This document shows, piece after piece, positions 39,298 to 50,449 of a stretch of DNA of 64,000 bases; position 1 is the first letter of the stretch, and each line of letters starts with the position of its first letter. The notes beneath the pieces are model-generated. The model did no database searches. It saw only the letters and a list, made by a program, of their open reading frames with translations, and was not told where the DNA came from. The DNA is taken from positions 48,954-112,953 of the forward strand of contig DASVEE010000015.1 in NCBI GenBank assembly GCA_036380735.1, written 5' to 3'. Origin of the DNA: Thermoanaerobaculia bacterium. GTDB lineage: Bacteria > Acidobacteriota > Thermoanaerobaculia > Gp7-AA8. A program made the translations under genes and the position numbers.

Positions 39298-40485
39298 ATG
39301 GAACTCGACATCTTCTTTTCGATCTGCCAGACGGAAGTGAACGGCTATCTGCCGAGCGAGCGCGTCATGTTCGAGAACTTCTTCGAACAGGTCGACCTCG
39401 CCGACCGCCTCGGCTTCGGCACCGCGTGGGTGGCGGAGAGCCATCTCTCCACGGAAGTGCAGAAGACGAACCCCGGCGCGGTGATCCCTCACTTCGTCGG
39501 CGAGATCGGGCTCAACACCGACATTCTCCAACTCGCGCACAAGGTGTTCGCGCGGACGAAGCGGATCGGCATCGGCTCCGCGATCCTCAACATCCTCTGC
39601 AACGGCGGCCCGATCGCGCACGCGGAGCGGATCAAGACGTTCCTCTCGCTCCATGGGCTCGACCCGCACGAAACGCGCACGCTGACGATCGGCTTCGCGT
39701 CCGGCCGCTTTCCCTTCATCAACATCCCGTACGGCATCGTGCCGCGGAATGCGGTGGAGGAGGCGGCGTGGCCGGTGGTGAAGAACAAGATCTTCGAGGA
39801 GGCGACGGAGATTTTTCTCCGCCTGCTCAAAGGGGAGACGCTCAACTCCTCGATGATTGCCACGCGCACGATGAAGCGGGCCGACTTCCGCAAAGACGAG
39901 GACTGGCAGCGTGTGCAGGAAGCCTACGGGCAGCCGGCGGAGGAGATTCCGCTCGCCGCGCGCTGGCCGTTCCCCAACCTCAAGATCGTGCCCGAGGAGC
40001 CGCGGATGGAACTGCTGCGCCTCTCGATCGGCTCGCACGACCCGGCTACGCAGATCTTCGCCAACACGATCCTCCCGGTCGGCGTCTTCAACCTCTCGAT
40101 CACCCCTGGGGACGAGATCGAGAAGACGAACGAGCGGATGCAGACGCACTACCACCCCGACGGCGGCGGCTGGCAGCGCCGGCTGATGCCGCGGACGGTC
40201 CTGGTCTTCATCAACGACGACGATCCGGCGAAGGCGCACCAGGAGGCGCGCGACGCGCTGTCCAACTACTGGCGCGCGCTCGAAGGGACTCTGGACGAGG
40301 AGAAAGTGCGCCGCGCCACGAACAACGCGCTGGTCGGCAACGCCGAACAGATCGCCGCCCAGATGCAGGAGCGCTTCCATTCGGACGACCGCCTGATGCT
40401 GTGGTTCGACTTCAATAATCACGACTCGAAGAGAGTCATGAAAAACATGCACGATTTCATGACGAAGATACCGCATAACAAATAG
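39298..40485 (+). CDS. LLM-class (luciferase-like) flavin-dependent oxidoreductase
   Basis: Bacterial-luciferase TIM-barrel family features; start at MELDIFFSI. Confidence 0.6.
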   Translation: MELDIFFSICQTEVNGYLPSERVMFENFFEQVDLADRLGFGTAWVAESHLSTEVQKTNPGAVIPHFVGEIGLNTDILQLAHKVFARTKRIGIGSAILNILCNGGPIAHAERIKTFLSLHGLDPHETRTLTIGFASGRFPFINIPYGIVPRNAVEEAAWPVVKNKIFEEATEIFLRLLKGETLNSSMIATRTMKRADFRKDEDWQRVQEAYGQPAEEIPLAARWPFPNLKIVPEEPRMELLRLSIGSHDPATQIFANTILPVGVFNLSITPGDEIEKTNERMQTHYHPDGGGWQRRLMPRTVLVFINDDDPAKAHQEARDALSNYWRALEGTLDEEKVRRATNNALVGNAEQIAAQMQERFHSDDRLMLWFDFNNHDSKRVMKNMHDFMTKIPHNK

Positions 40486-40594
40486 GACGAATAGGACGAA
40501 TAGGACCAACAGGACCGATGGGACCGACAGCACCTACCGACAGCCGGGCGCAGCGTCCCGTTCGTCCTATTCGTCCTATAGGTCGTCCTATCGT
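40481..40594. repeat. Tandem-repeat-armed hairpin element (ATAGGAC 9-mer arms), core contains GGGCGCAGC
   Basis: aataggacgaataggacgaataggaccaacaggaccgatgggaccgacag ... gtcccgttcgtcctattcgtcctataggtcgtcctatcgttgcc. Confidence 0.75.
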
Positions 40595-41282
40595 TGCCCT
40601 GCTGCTGGCTGCAGGGCTGCTGCTGTTTGGCGCCTTCCACCTCAGCCGGTCCCGGACCTTCCAGCTTTTCGGCACGATCGTCCAGCGCGTCGACACCGAG
40701 CGCCGCGTCGTGGCGCTGACCTTCGACGACGGGCCGACGCGCGAGTACACGGACAGCGTCCTGGCCACGCTGCGGCAGCACAACGTCCGCGGGTCTTTCT
40801 ACCTCGTCGGGCGCGACGTTCAGCGGAACCCGGACCTCGTGCGGCGCATCCTGGCCGAGGGGCATGAGGTCGGGAACCACTCCTGGTCGCATGAGCGGAT
40901 GCTGCTGAAGTCGCCCTCCTGGATTCGCGGCGAGGTGGAGAATACCGACCGCGTCCTGCGCGCCGCCGGCGTCACCGGCCCGATCCACTTCCGCGCGCCG
41001 TACTGCAAGAAGCTCGTCGGTCTGCCGTGGTACCTCGCCCGGACGAACCGCACGCACGTCACCTTCGACGTCGAGCCCGAGACCGAGGAGCGGGTGGCCG
41101 CGTCCGCCCAGCTCATTGCCGATGACGTCCTGCAGAAGGTGCAGCCCGGATCGATCATCCTGCTCCACGTGATGTTCCGCAGCCGGGAAGAGTCGCGCAA
41201 GGCGCTGCCGCTGATCATTCCGCGCCTGCGCGCGGCCGGCTATGACTTTGTGACCGTGTCGGAGCTGCTGGCAATGCGGTAG
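40518..41282 (+). CDS. Polysaccharide deacetylase (NodB-homology domain), membrane-anchored; 5' end uncertain
   Basis: VALTFDDGP...HNVRGSFYLVGRD...GHEVGNHSWSH NodB motifs; the annotated N-terminus overlaps a GTCCTAT repeat array, so the real start is probably near [10 protein letters not shown]. Confidence 0.75.
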   Translation: MGPTAPTDSRAQRPVRPIRPIGRPIVALLLAAGLLLFGAFHLSRSRTFQLFGTIVQRVDTERRVVALTFDDGPTREYTDSVLATLRQHNVRGSFYLVGRDVQRNPDLVRRILAEGHEVGNHSWSHERMLLKSPSWIRGEVENTDRVLRAAGVTGPIHFRAPYCKKLVGLPWYLARTNRTHVTFDVEPETEERVAASAQLIADDVLQKVQPGSIILLHVMFRSREESRKALPLIIPRLRAAGYDFVTVSELLAMR

Positions 41283-41288
41283 AAGCTT

Positions 41289-41392
41289 GAACGCAGAACG
41301 CAGAACGCAGAATGCAGAACGCAGAACGCAGAATTGAGAACGCGGTTGCCCCTTTTCAACGTTCTGCGTTCTGCGTTCTGCATTCTGCATTC
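41289..41392. repeat. Tandem-repeat-armed hairpin element (GAACGCA heptamer arms)
   Basis: gaacgcagaacgcagaacgcagaatgcagaacgcagaacgcag-aattgagaacgcggttgccccttttcaac-gttctgcgttctgcgttctgcattctgcattc. Confidence 0.85.
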
Positions 41393-41461
41393 ACGGTTCT
41401 GCCTTCAAACCCCGGCGCAATAGGACAGAGGCGCCCCACCGTTTAGAATGGCCGCCTCGCC

Positions 41462-42553
41462 ATGACCACCATCGATCAGGCACCAGCCACCTTCGACGAA
41501 TCGCAGGCCGTCAGTTTTGCCCGGGCCATGCCGAACTGGCAGCCGCTCGTGGAGTACCGGCGGAACGGCGTCGCGGAGAACACGATTCACGGCGCCGTTT
41601 CGTGGGTGTCGGGGAAGAACCTCATCTACTCGTTCGGCGGCAACGTCGAGGTCTACGGACGCTCGATGGTGAAGCCGATCATGATGAAAGTCTTCGCTCG
41701 CGAGTTCTCCGGCGCGCTCGATCCGGAACAGCAGGCGATCTCCGTCGCCTCGCACAACGGCGACAGCGACCACGTGCGCGTCGCGCGCTCCATCCTCCGC
41801 GAAGGGGAATGGGGGCTGATGCAGACGCCGCACGATGTGCCGCTCGTGCAGTTCGGCCGGCAGGTGCGCCGTCCACGGCGCTGGTATCACTGCTGCTCCG
41901 GCGAGCACGCGGCCATCCTCCGCGGCTGCAAGATCAAAGGGTGGTCGCGCGTCGGCTACGTCTGGCCGCATCACCCCTTCTTCCAGGAGCACCTCCGCTA
42001 CATCCGCGAGGTCCTCGGCCCCGACTGGAAAGCCGGCACCATCGCCAAGGACGGCTGCGGCCTGCCGACCGTCTCCATGACGGTCACCGATCTGGCCAGG
42101 CTCTTCGCCAACATGGTCACGGAGAAGGACTCCGACTGGATCTGGGGAGCGATGACGGCGCATCCCGACCTCATCGGCGGTTTCAACCGTCTCGACTCGA
42201 CCGTGCTCAAAGCCTGTGGCGGCCGCGTGCTGGCCAAGGAAGGCGCCGACGGTCTCCTCGGGCTGGCCATCGAGCATCCCGAATATCCGGAAGGGCTCGG
42301 CGTGGTGGTGAAGATCGCGCACGGCTGGAACCCGCAGGCCACCTGGTACATCGCCCGCTACATCCTCGGCGTCCTCGGCTTCGAGTTCCGCAACCCGTAC
42401 AAGCTGCGGCGCCAGAAGGCCTTCATCGTGCCGGAGGTGATTCCGCCGAACCTTCGCGAGCGCATGGCGGCGATCACGCCGTGGGATTCGTGGGATCCGG
42501 ACATCGACCGCTGGGAGTTCGAACCGGAGGAATTCGTTGCAGCCCCACGGTAA
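41462..42553 (+). CDS. Asparaginase-II-family protein (PF06089-like)
   Basis: SMVKPIMMKVF...SVASHNGDSDH...HCCSGEHAAIL pattern characteristic of the Asparaginase_II family. Confidence 0.5.
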   Translation: MTTIDQAPATFDESQAVSFARAMPNWQPLVEYRRNGVAENTIHGAVSWVSGKNLIYSFGGNVEVYGRSMVKPIMMKVFAREFSGALDPEQQAISVASHNGDSDHVRVARSILREGEWGLMQTPHDVPLVQFGRQVRRPRRWYHCCSGEHAAILRGCKIKGWSRVGYVWPHHPFFQEHLRYIREVLGPDWKAGTIAKDGCGLPTVSMTVTDLARLFANMVTEKDSDWIWGAMTAHPDLIGGFNRLDSTVLKACGGRVLAKEGADGLLGLAIEHPEYPEGLGVVVKIAHGWNPQATWYIARYILGVLGFEFRNPYKLRRQKAFIVPEVIPPNLRERMAAITPWDSWDPDIDRWEFEPEEFVAAPR

Positions 42554-43964
42554 CTTCATCGACGGGAAGTTCGTCCCGCCGGTCCACGGTCAGTACCTCG
42601 ACGACATCGGCCCGGCTACCGGCGAAGTGATCGCGCGGATTCCCGACAGCGATGCGGCGGACGTGGCGAACGCCGTAGCCGCGGCGGAGCGCGCCTTCAA
42701 GACGTGGTCGCGCACACCGGCCTCTGAGCGCTCGCGCCTGCTGCTGAAGCTCGCGGACCTGATCGAACAGCATCTCGACGAGCTGGCGCAGCTCGAGTCG
42801 CGCGACAACGGCAAGCCGGTGGCGCTGGCGAAGCGGATGGACATTCCCCGCGCCGTCGCCAACTTCCGCTTCTTCGCCACCGCCATCCTCCATCACTCCA
42901 CCGGCGCGCACGTCACGGACGGTGCGGCGCTGAACTACACGCTGCGTCATCCGCTCGGCGTCGCGGGGCTGATCTCGCCGTGGAACCTGCCGCTCTATCT
43001 GCTCTCATGGAAGATCGCGCCGGCCATCGCCTCCGGCAACACGTGCGTGGCGAAGCCGTCGGAGCTGACGCCGCTCACCGCCAACCGCATGGCGGAGCTG
43101 GCGAACGAAGCGGGCATCCCGCCGGGCGTCATCAACATCGTGCACGGCCTCGGCGCCAAAGCGGGGGCCGCGATCTGCGAGCATCCGGGCGTGCCGGTGA
43201 TCTCGTTCACCGGCGGCACGGTCACGGGACAGAAAGTTGCCGCCACCGCCGCGCCGATGTTCAAGAAGCTGTCGCTCGAGCTGGGAGGCAAGAACCCGAA
43301 CGTCATCTTCGCCGACGCCGATCTCGAGCAGGCGATCCCCACCTCGATCCAGTCGAGCTTCGCGAACCAGGGCGAGATCTGCCTTTGCGGCTCGCGTATC
43401 TTCGTCGAGCGCACCATCTACGATGAGTTCTGCGAGCACTTCGTCGCCGCGACGAAGAAGCTGCGCATCGGCGATCCGGCCGATGCGGCGACGGACGTCG
43501 GCGCGCTCATCTCGCAGGCGCACCTCGACAAAGTCCTCGGCTACATCGCCCTGGCCCAAGAAGAAGGCGGCGTCATTGCCGCCGGCGGCAACCGCGTCGA
43601 CCGTCCCGGTTACTTTGTCGAGCCGACGGTCGTCACAGGCCTCGGGTGCGAATGCCGCGTGCTGCAGGAAGAGATCTTCGGTCCCGTCGTCACGATCACG
43701 CCGTTCGAGTCGGAGGAGGAAGCGGTCGGCTTCGCCAACTCGACGAAGTACGGGCTGTCGGCGTCGCTCTGGACGCGCGACCTGCAGCGCGCCCACCGCG
43801 TCGCGGCGGCGCTCGACAGCGGCACCGTCTGGGTGAATTGCTGGCTCCTGCGCGACCTGCGTGTCCCCTTCGGCGGCGTGAAGGAGAGCGGCGTCGGACG
43901 CGAAGGCGGCTTTGAATCGCTGGAGTTTTTTACCGAAGCCAAGAACGTCTGCGTGAAACTTTAG
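42537..43964 (+). CDS. NAD(P)-dependent aldehyde dehydrogenase (2-aminomuconate / 2-hydroxymuconate semialdehyde dehydrogenase-like)
   Basis: ALDH glutamate and cysteine active-site motifs (LELGGKNP, FANQGEICLCGSRIF); context with the amnB-like genes. Confidence 0.85.
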   Translation: MQPHGNFIDGKFVPPVHGQYLDDIGPATGEVIARIPDSDAADVANAVAAAERAFKTWSRTPASERSRLLLKLADLIEQHLDELAQLESRDNGKPVALAKRMDIPRAVANFRFFATAILHHSTGAHVTDGAALNYTLRHPLGVAGLISPWNLPLYLLSWKIAPAIASGNTCVAKPSELTPLTANRMAELANEAGIPPGVINIVHGLGAKAGAAICEHPGVPVISFTGGTVTGQKVAATAAPMFKKLSLELGGKNPNVIFADADLEQAIPTSIQSSFANQGEICLCGSRIFVERTIYDEFCEHFVAATKKLRIGDPADAATDVGALISQAHLDKVLGYIALAQEEGGVIAAGGNRVDRPGYFVEPTVVTGLGCECRVLQEEIFGPVVTITPFESEEEAVGFANSTKYGLSASLWTRDLQRAHRVAAALDSGTVWVNCWLLRDLRVPFGGVKESGVGREGGFESLEFFTEAKNVCVKL

Positions 43965-44044
43965 GAATTGAGAATTGGCGAATTGAGAATTGAGAATCGC
44001 GTAGCGCAACCCATTCTCAATTCTCAATTCCGAATTCTCAATTG
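43965..44044. repeat. Tandem-repeat-armed hairpin element (GAATTGA heptamer arms), core CGCGTAGCGCAACCC
   Basis: gaattgagaattggcgaattgagaattgagaat-cgcgtagcgcaaccc-attctcaattctcaattccgaattctcaattg; ends 9 nt before the downstream ATG (GAGGAAG Shine-Dalgarno partly inside the arm). Confidence 0.85.
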
Positions 44045-44053
44045 AGGAAGCCC

Positions 44054-45295
44054 ATGACCGCCACCGCCCTTCCCTTCGCCATCCCTGCCGAACCGACGGC
44101 CACGTGGAGCATCGCCAAGCGCCTCACCTTCCGCTTTGCGTTCGTCTATCTGATCCTTTACAGCCTGCCGTTCCCGCTGATGATGCTGCGGGAGCCGTGG
44201 CAGAACCTGTGGAACGCCATCGTGCCGGCCGTGGCCACGAGCGTCTTCGGCGTCGCGGCCGACGTGCTGCCGAATGGGAGCGGGGACACGACGTGGAACT
44301 ACGTGCAGGTGTTCTGCTTCGCGTCGTTCGCGCTGCTGGCGACGCTGCTGTGGACCGCGCTCACGCGGGCGAAGAGCCACCCGAAGCTGTACGCGGCGCT
44401 GCGCATTTACGTGCGCTTCTCGCTGGCGATGGTGATGGTCCAGTACGGTGCGGTGAAGGTGATCCAGGCGCAGTTCCCGTCGCCGACACTCGAGCGGCTC
44501 GTGCAGCCGTACGGCGCCTCGTCACCGATGGGGATTCTCTGGACGTTCATGGGCGTCTCTGCCGCGTACAACCTCTTCGCCGGGCTCGGTGAAGTCATCG
44601 GTGGGGTGCTCCTCACGATGCGCCGCACCACCCTCGCCGGCGCGCTGCTGTCGCTGGCGGTGATGGGGCACGTGGCGATCCTCAACTACTGCTACGACGT
44701 GCCGGTGAAGCTCTTTTCGACGCACCTGGTGCTGATGGCGCTGTTCCTCGCCGCGCCCGACCTGCCGCGCGTGCTGCGCTTCTTCACCGAATGGAGCGGC
44801 GGCCACGGGAAGCGGTGGCTAGTCCTCGCCCGCACAGTCGTCGTCGCCGGCTTCGTCGGCTATTCGTTGTTCGTCGCTCAGCAGGGGCGGACGTTGTATG
44901 GCGATCTTTCACCGCGCTCGCCGCTGCGCGGCATCTGGAACGTCGACGAGCTGACGGTTGACGGCGTCAGCCGTCCGCCTCTGGTCACGGACGCCAGCCG
45001 CTGGCGCCGTGTCATCTTCGACAACCCGCGCTTTTCGTCGATCTACACGATGGATGACGTGCGCCAGCGCTTCGCGTCCACGCTGACGGGGAAAACGCTG
45101 GAGCTGACCGACCGTGATGATCCGCAGCGGAAGATCGTGCTGACGTACGCCCGCGTCGACGCGAAGACGCTGCGGCTCGAAGGGAAGGTCGACGGAAAAC
45201 AGATCGCCGCCACCTGCCACCTGCAGGACGAAGGGCAGTTCCTGCTGAAGACGCGCGGCTTCCACTGGACCAATGAGTACCCGTTCAACCGGTAG
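44054..45295 (+). CDS. Membrane protein (DoxX-like N-terminal TM domain plus about 140-aa soluble C-terminal domain), function unknown
   Basis: Multiple TM helices (FRFAFVYLILYSLPFPLMML...); embedded in the aromatic-amine cluster. Confidence 0.35.
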   Translation: MTATALPFAIPAEPTATWSIAKRLTFRFAFVYLILYSLPFPLMMLREPWQNLWNAIVPAVATSVFGVAADVLPNGSGDTTWNYVQVFCFASFALLATLLWTALTRAKSHPKLYAALRIYVRFSLAMVMVQYGAVKVIQAQFPSPTLERLVQPYGASSPMGILWTFMGVSAAYNLFAGLGEVIGGVLLTMRRTTLAGALLSLAVMGHVAILNYCYDVPVKLFSTHLVLMALFLAAPDLPRVLRFFTEWSGGHGKRWLVLARTVVVAGFVGYSLFVAQQGRTLYGDLSPRSPLRGIWNVDELTVDGVSRPPLVTDASRWRRVIFDNPRFSSIYTMDDVRQRFASTLTGKTLELTDRDDPQRKIVLTYARVDAKTLRLEGKVDGKQIAATCHLQDEGQFLLKTRGFHWTNEYPFNR

Positions 45296-45378
45296 GATCG
45301 GATTGAGGATGGCTTCGCTGGGCGGAACGTTTCGCCGAGCGCAGCCATCCTCAATCCTCAATCCTTCATCCTCAATCC
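45296..45378. repeat. Tandem-repeat-armed hairpin element (GGATTGA heptamer arms), core GGCTTCGCTGGGCGGAACGTTTCGCCGAGCGCAGCC
   Basis: ggatcggattgaggat ... atcctcaatcctcaatccttcatcctcaatcc; the right arm is longer than the left. Confidence 0.8.
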
Positions 45379-45384
45379 CGATAG

Positions 45385-46311
<927 letters not shown>

Positions 46312-46317
46312 CAACCC

Positions 46318-46414
46318 GAACGCAGAACGCAGAACGCAGAATGACGAATTGAGAAAGGGGACCGATCGTGGTGCGCAGCATTTCTTCGTTCGACGTTCTG
46401 CGTTCTGCGTTCTG
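46318..46414. repeat. Tandem-repeat-armed hairpin element (GAACGCA heptamer arms)
   Basis: gaacgcagaacgcagaacgcag-...ggtgcgcagc...-cgttctgcgttctgcgttctg. Confidence 0.85.
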
Positions 46415-46419
46415 ACTTC

Positions 46420-47880
46420 ATGAATCCAATCCTCAAGGCTTACGTAGTCCCTGGACAGCCCCACATTCTTCTCGGCGATCGGCAGAACGCCGGCTGGGCC
46501 AAACTGAAACATGCCTACGAACAAATCGGTCGTGAGATCGAACGGTCCGGGGCGGAGCTGATTCTCCTTTACTCGACGCAGTGGTTCTCCGTCATCGGGC
46601 ATCTGTTCCAGATCGATCCGCGGCCGAAGTGGACGCTGGTCGATCAGAACTGGTACGAGCTCGGGGAAATCCCTTACGAGTTTCGTGTCGATCCGAACTT
46701 CGGGGAGCTGTATTGCCGCACGGTGAAAGACGCGGGGATGCAGGCGGCGACGGTCGCGTATCACGGCTTTCCGATCGACACCGGGACGGTCGTGGCGCTG
46801 AAGCTGATGAACCCGAACAACGCGGTGCCGGCGTCGATGGTCTCGTGCAACATCTACGCGGAGCGCGAGGAGACCCGCGCCCTCGGCTTCGCCGCACGCA
46901 AAGCGATCGAGGCGTACGGGAAGAAGACGATCGTCGTCGCGGTGACGAACTTCTCGAACCGCTACGAGGTGGCGGAGATCGATCCGGCGAAGGACCGTAT
47001 CTCCTCGCAGAAGGATGACGAGTGGAACCGTAAGCTCCTCGAGATGTTCGCCGAGGGGCGGCTGGAGGATGTGGCGCAGGTGGCGCGTGATTTTGCGCGC
47101 GAGGCCAACGCCGACATGGGCTTCAAAGCCATCTGGTGGCTCGGCGCGGTGATGGGGGAGCACAACAGGTACGACGGCAAGGTGTGGGAGTACCAGCCTG
47201 TCTGGGGCACCGGCAGCGCCATCGTCGAGCTGACCCCGAACGACCGCAAGCAGATCGACTGGGAGAAAGAGTTCGACGAAGGACCGGTCCCGGTCTTCGA
47301 CAGCGCGGGCTCCGGCGGTTCCAGCGGCACCGGCCTGGAAACGCACAACGTGCTGGAACGCGGGCCCGATGTGCACCAGCAAAGCGAAATGAACTCCCAG
47401 GAGGATTCCTCGACGGGACGGTCCAGTCCGATGAGGTCCATCAGTCCTCTACGTGCGATCGGTCCTGATGACACCGCGGTGCGCACCGATCGCGCGCCTG
47501 CGCCGGTCGGCCCGTATCCGCACGCGCGGCGTGTCGGTGATTTCCTGTTCCTTTCCGGGATCGGGCCGCGCAAGCCGGGAACGGGGGAGATCCCGGGGCT
47601 CATTCGGGATGCGGCGGGCTCGGTGATCGATCACGACATCGAGGTGCAGACGCGCGCGTGCATCGAGAACATCCGCGCGATCCTGGAGGACGCGGGCAGC
47701 TCGCTGGAGAAGGTGCTCGACGTGACGGTGTACCTCACCGACATGCAGCGCGATTTCGACCGCTTCAACAAGGTCTACGCCGAGTACTTCGGGCAGATCC
47801 AGCCGACGCGCACGAGCGTCGGGGTCGATTCGCTGCCGACGCCGATCGCCGTGGAGTTGAAAGTGATCGCGGCGCGATGA
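46420..47880 (+). CDS. Fusion protein: LigB-family AmnA-like domain + Ser/Gly-rich linker + RidA/YjgF-family (AmnD-like 2-aminomuconate deaminase) domain
   Basis: N-terminal about 300 aa paralogous to the preceding gene (ILLYSTQWFSVIGH...); C-terminal about 130 aa with the RidA fold (PAPVGPYPHARRVGDFLFLSGIGP...VTVYLTDM...F); single ORF of 486 aa. Confidence 0.6.
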   Translation: MNPILKAYVVPGQPHILLGDRQNAGWAKLKHAYEQIGREIERSGAELILLYSTQWFSVIGHLFQIDPRPKWTLVDQNWYELGEIPYEFRVDPNFGELYCRTVKDAGMQAATVAYHGFPIDTGTVVALKLMNPNNAVPASMVSCNIYAEREETRALGFAARKAIEAYGKKTIVVAVTNFSNRYEVAEIDPAKDRISSQKDDEWNRKLLEMFAEGRLEDVAQVARDFAREANADMGFKAIWWLGAVMGEHNRYDGKVWEYQPVWGTGSAIVELTPNDRKQIDWEKEFDEGPVPVFDSAGSGGSSGTGLETHNVLERGPDVHQQSEMNSQEDSSTGRSSPMRSISPLRAIGPDDTAVRTDRAPAPVGPYPHARRVGDFLFLSGIGPRKPGTGEIPGLIRDAAGSVIDHDIEVQTRACIENIRAILEDAGSSLEKVLDVTVYLTDMQRDFDRFNKVYAEYFGQIQPTRTSVGVDSLPTPIAVELKVIAAR

Positions 47881-48503
47881 AGCTCATCGACATCTCGCCG
47901 CTGATCGACGAGTCGATCGGCGTCTGGCCGGGCGACACGCCGTTCCGGCAGAACGTTAGCGTGGACATGCATCAGGGAGCGAACCTCACGCTCTCCGACG
48001 TCCACACGACGCTGCACGTCGGCGCGCACACCGACGCGCCGAACCATTACGTCGCGGACGGCGAGGACATCGCGCAGCGGCGGCTGGAGCTGTACATCGG
48101 AGCGTGCAACGTGATCCACGTGGACGTCGCCCGCGGCGAGCGCATCATGCCGTCGCACCTCGCGGGGAAGGCGATCACCGCCGCGCGCGTGCTCTTCCGC
48201 ACCAACACGTTCCCCGATCCCCGCGCGTGGAACGACGACTTTGCCAGCCTCTCGCCGGAGCTCATCGAGGTGCTGCACGATCGCGGCGTCGTCCTCGTCG
48301 GGCTTGATACGCCGTCGGTCGATCCGTTCGAATCGAAAGCGCTCGAAGCGCACAACGCGCTCGCGCTGCACGACATGGCCAACCTCGAAGGGGTCGTGCT
48401 CGAAGGCGTTCCGGAAGGGGAGTACGAGCTGATCGCGCTGCCGCTGCGGATCAGGGGAGGAGACGCAAGTCCCGTACGAGCGGTGTTGCGAACGCTCGAT
48501 TGA
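47877..48503 (+). CDS. Cyclase-family protein / kynurenine (aryl) formamidase KynB-like
   Basis: DISPLIDESIGVWPGDTPF...HVGAHTDAPNHY, the HxGTHxDxPxH metal-binding motif; ATGA overlap with the upstream gene. Confidence 0.7.
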   Translation: MKLIDISPLIDESIGVWPGDTPFRQNVSVDMHQGANLTLSDVHTTLHVGAHTDAPNHYVADGEDIAQRRLELYIGACNVIHVDVARGERIMPSHLAGKAITAARVLFRTNTFPDPRAWNDDFASLSPELIEVLHDRGVVLVGLDTPSVDPFESKALEAHNALALHDMANLEGVVLEGVPEGEYELIALPLRIRGGDASPVRAVLRTLD

Positions 48504-50418
48504 GCTGCTCGTCGAGCTCCGCGGCCGGCACCGGCTTGCTGTAGTAGTAGCCCTGAATGAGGTCGCAGTCCTTGCGCCGCAGCAGCTCGAGCTGCTCCTT
48601 CGTCTCGACGCCCTCGGCGACCACCGTCATCTCCAGGCTGTGCGCCATGGCAATCACGGCGGAGACGATCGCCGCGTCGACGCTGTCGCTCGTCACGTCG
48701 TGCACGAACGACTGGTCGAGCTTGAGCGTGTCGATGGGGAAGCGCTTGAGGTAGTTGAGCGAGGAGTAGCCGGTGCCGAAATCGTCCATCGCGATCTTCA
48801 CGCCGAGGGCGCGGAGCTCGCGCAGCGTGAACATGGTGCTCTCGGCGTTCTGCATCGCGTTGGACTCGGTGATCTCGAGCTGCAACTGCGCCGGATTGAT
48901 GCCGGTGTCGGCGATGACAGCGCGGATCTGGTCGACGAGATCGGGCTGCCCGAACTGCCGCGCGGAGAGGTTGACCGACATGGTGAGCCCGTGCTGCTCC
49001 CACGCGCGGATCTGGCGGCAGGCGGTGGCGAGCACCCACTGGCCGAGGGGGATGATGAGGCCCGACAGCTCGGCGACGGTGATGAATTGCGCGGGCCCGA
49101 GGAGGCCGAGCTCCGGGTGCCGCCAGCGGACGAGGGCTTCGGCGCCGACGATCTGCTCCGTGCGTGCGTCGATGACGGGCTGGTAGTGCAGCACGAGCTC
49201 GTCGTGGGTCAGCGCCTTGCGCAGCATGTTCTCCAGCGCGAGCCGTTCGAGCGCGCGTGCGTTCATCGCCGGCGCGTAGAGCTGGTAGTTGTCGCGCCCC
49301 TGCTCTTTCGCGCGGTACATGGCGGTGTCGGCATTGCGCACGAGCGTCTCGGGATCGAGGCCGTCCTCGGGGAAGAGGCTCACGCCGATCGACGTCGTGA
49401 CGAACAGCTCGCGAGCGTGGATGAAGAACGGGAGCTTCAGCGTCTCGATGATCTTGTGGGCGATGGTGGCGGCGTTTTCGACGCTCTCGACGCGCGGGAT
49501 CAGCAGCGTGAACTCGTCGCCGCCGAAGCGCGCGACGGTGTCGCCCTCGCGGATGCAACTGCGGATGCGCTCGGCGACGGACTTGAGCAGCGCGTCGCCG
49601 GTGGAATGCCCGAGGGAGTCGTTGATGTCCTTGAAACGATCGAGATCGAGGAAGAAGACGGCGAGCTTCTGCTGTCCGCGCTGCGCCTGCGCGAGCGCGA
49701 CGATGAGGCGGTCGACGAACAGCGGTCGGTTCGGCAGGCCGGTGAGTGCGTCGTGGTAGGCGAGGTGCTCGATCTCGTTCGCGGCCAGCTCGGCGGCTTC
49801 GCGCTCGTCCTCGAGCAGCGAGGCGATCATGCCGATGCCGAGGACGGCCTGCATCAGGAAGTCGATGTAGCCGAGGTAGGTGATGGGGGTGAGGTAGCGA
49901 AGCTGGGCGGTGCCGTAGAGGGCGAAGGCGCCGGCGAGGATGGCGAAGCCGATCCCTTCGCGGCGCATGCGGGCGCGCCAGAGAGCGACGGCGGCGACGA
50001 AGAAGGCCAGGGAGGCGGCGCCGGCACGCAGCTCGGGCAGCAACCACGCGGCGAGACCGAGCGCCGTCAGCGCGAGAGTGATGCGCTGCGCATCGACGAG
50101 CCGGACCGGACGGCGACGCAGCAGCTCGTAGACGCCGAAGAGGAGCCACGCGATCTCGAGCCAGCCGGCGACGCTCGCGGTGATCTTCGCCGTGATGCTG
50201 AAGGGATGGTGGGCAGGATACTGCCATAACGACTGGATCGCGATCGTCAGTCCGGAGGCGAGGTTGAACACTGCCAGCGCGCCCCAGGCGCACGTCCAGT
50301 GCAGAAGATAGGACTTGCGGTACTGCCGGTGGAAGCTGAGCAAAAGCAGAGCGAGCACGATCGCTCCCAGCGTTTGCGCAGTAAAGGTGGCAGCAACGAC
50401 GATGTTGTATTCGGACAT
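48451..50418 (-). CDS. Membrane-anchored GGDEF-EAL protein (diguanylate cyclase/phosphodiesterase)
   Basis: Start at MSEYNIVV; about 7 TM helices, then GGDEF (RFGGDEFTLL) and EAL (QLEITES...DDFGTGYSSL) domains. Confidence 0.85.
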   Translation of the reverse strand: MSEYNIVVAATFTAQTLGAIVLALLLLSFHRQYRKSYLLHWTCAWGALAVFNLASGLTIAIQSLWQYPAHHPFSITAKITASVAGWLEIAWLLFGVYELLRRRPVRLVDAQRITLALTALGLAAWLLPELRAGAASLAFFVAAVALWRARMRREGIGFAILAGAFALYGTAQLRYLTPITYLGYIDFLMQAVLGIGMIASLLEDEREAAELAANEIEHLAYHDALTGLPNRPLFVDRLIVALAQAQRGQQKLAVFFLDLDRFKDINDSLGHSTGDALLKSVAERIRSCIREGDTVARFGGDEFTLLIPRVESVENAATIAHKIIETLKLPFFIHARELFVTTSIGVSLFPEDGLDPETLVRNADTAMYRAKEQGRDNYQLYAPAMNARALERLALENMLRKALTHDELVLHYQPVIDARTEQIVGAEALVRWRHPELGLLGPAQFITVAELSGLIIPLGQWVLATACRQIRAWEQHGLTMSVNLSARQFGQPDLVDQIRAVIADTGINPAQLQLEITESNAMQNAESTMFTLRELRALGVKIAMDDFGTGYSSLNYLKRFPIDTLKLDQSFVHDVTSDSVDAAIVSAVIAMAHSLEMTVVAEGVETKEQLELLRRKDCDLIQGYYYSKPVPAAELDEQLNRAFATPLVRDLRLLP

Positions 50419-50449
50419 GGGGGCGAGGCGGACCTGCCGCCGATTGTAA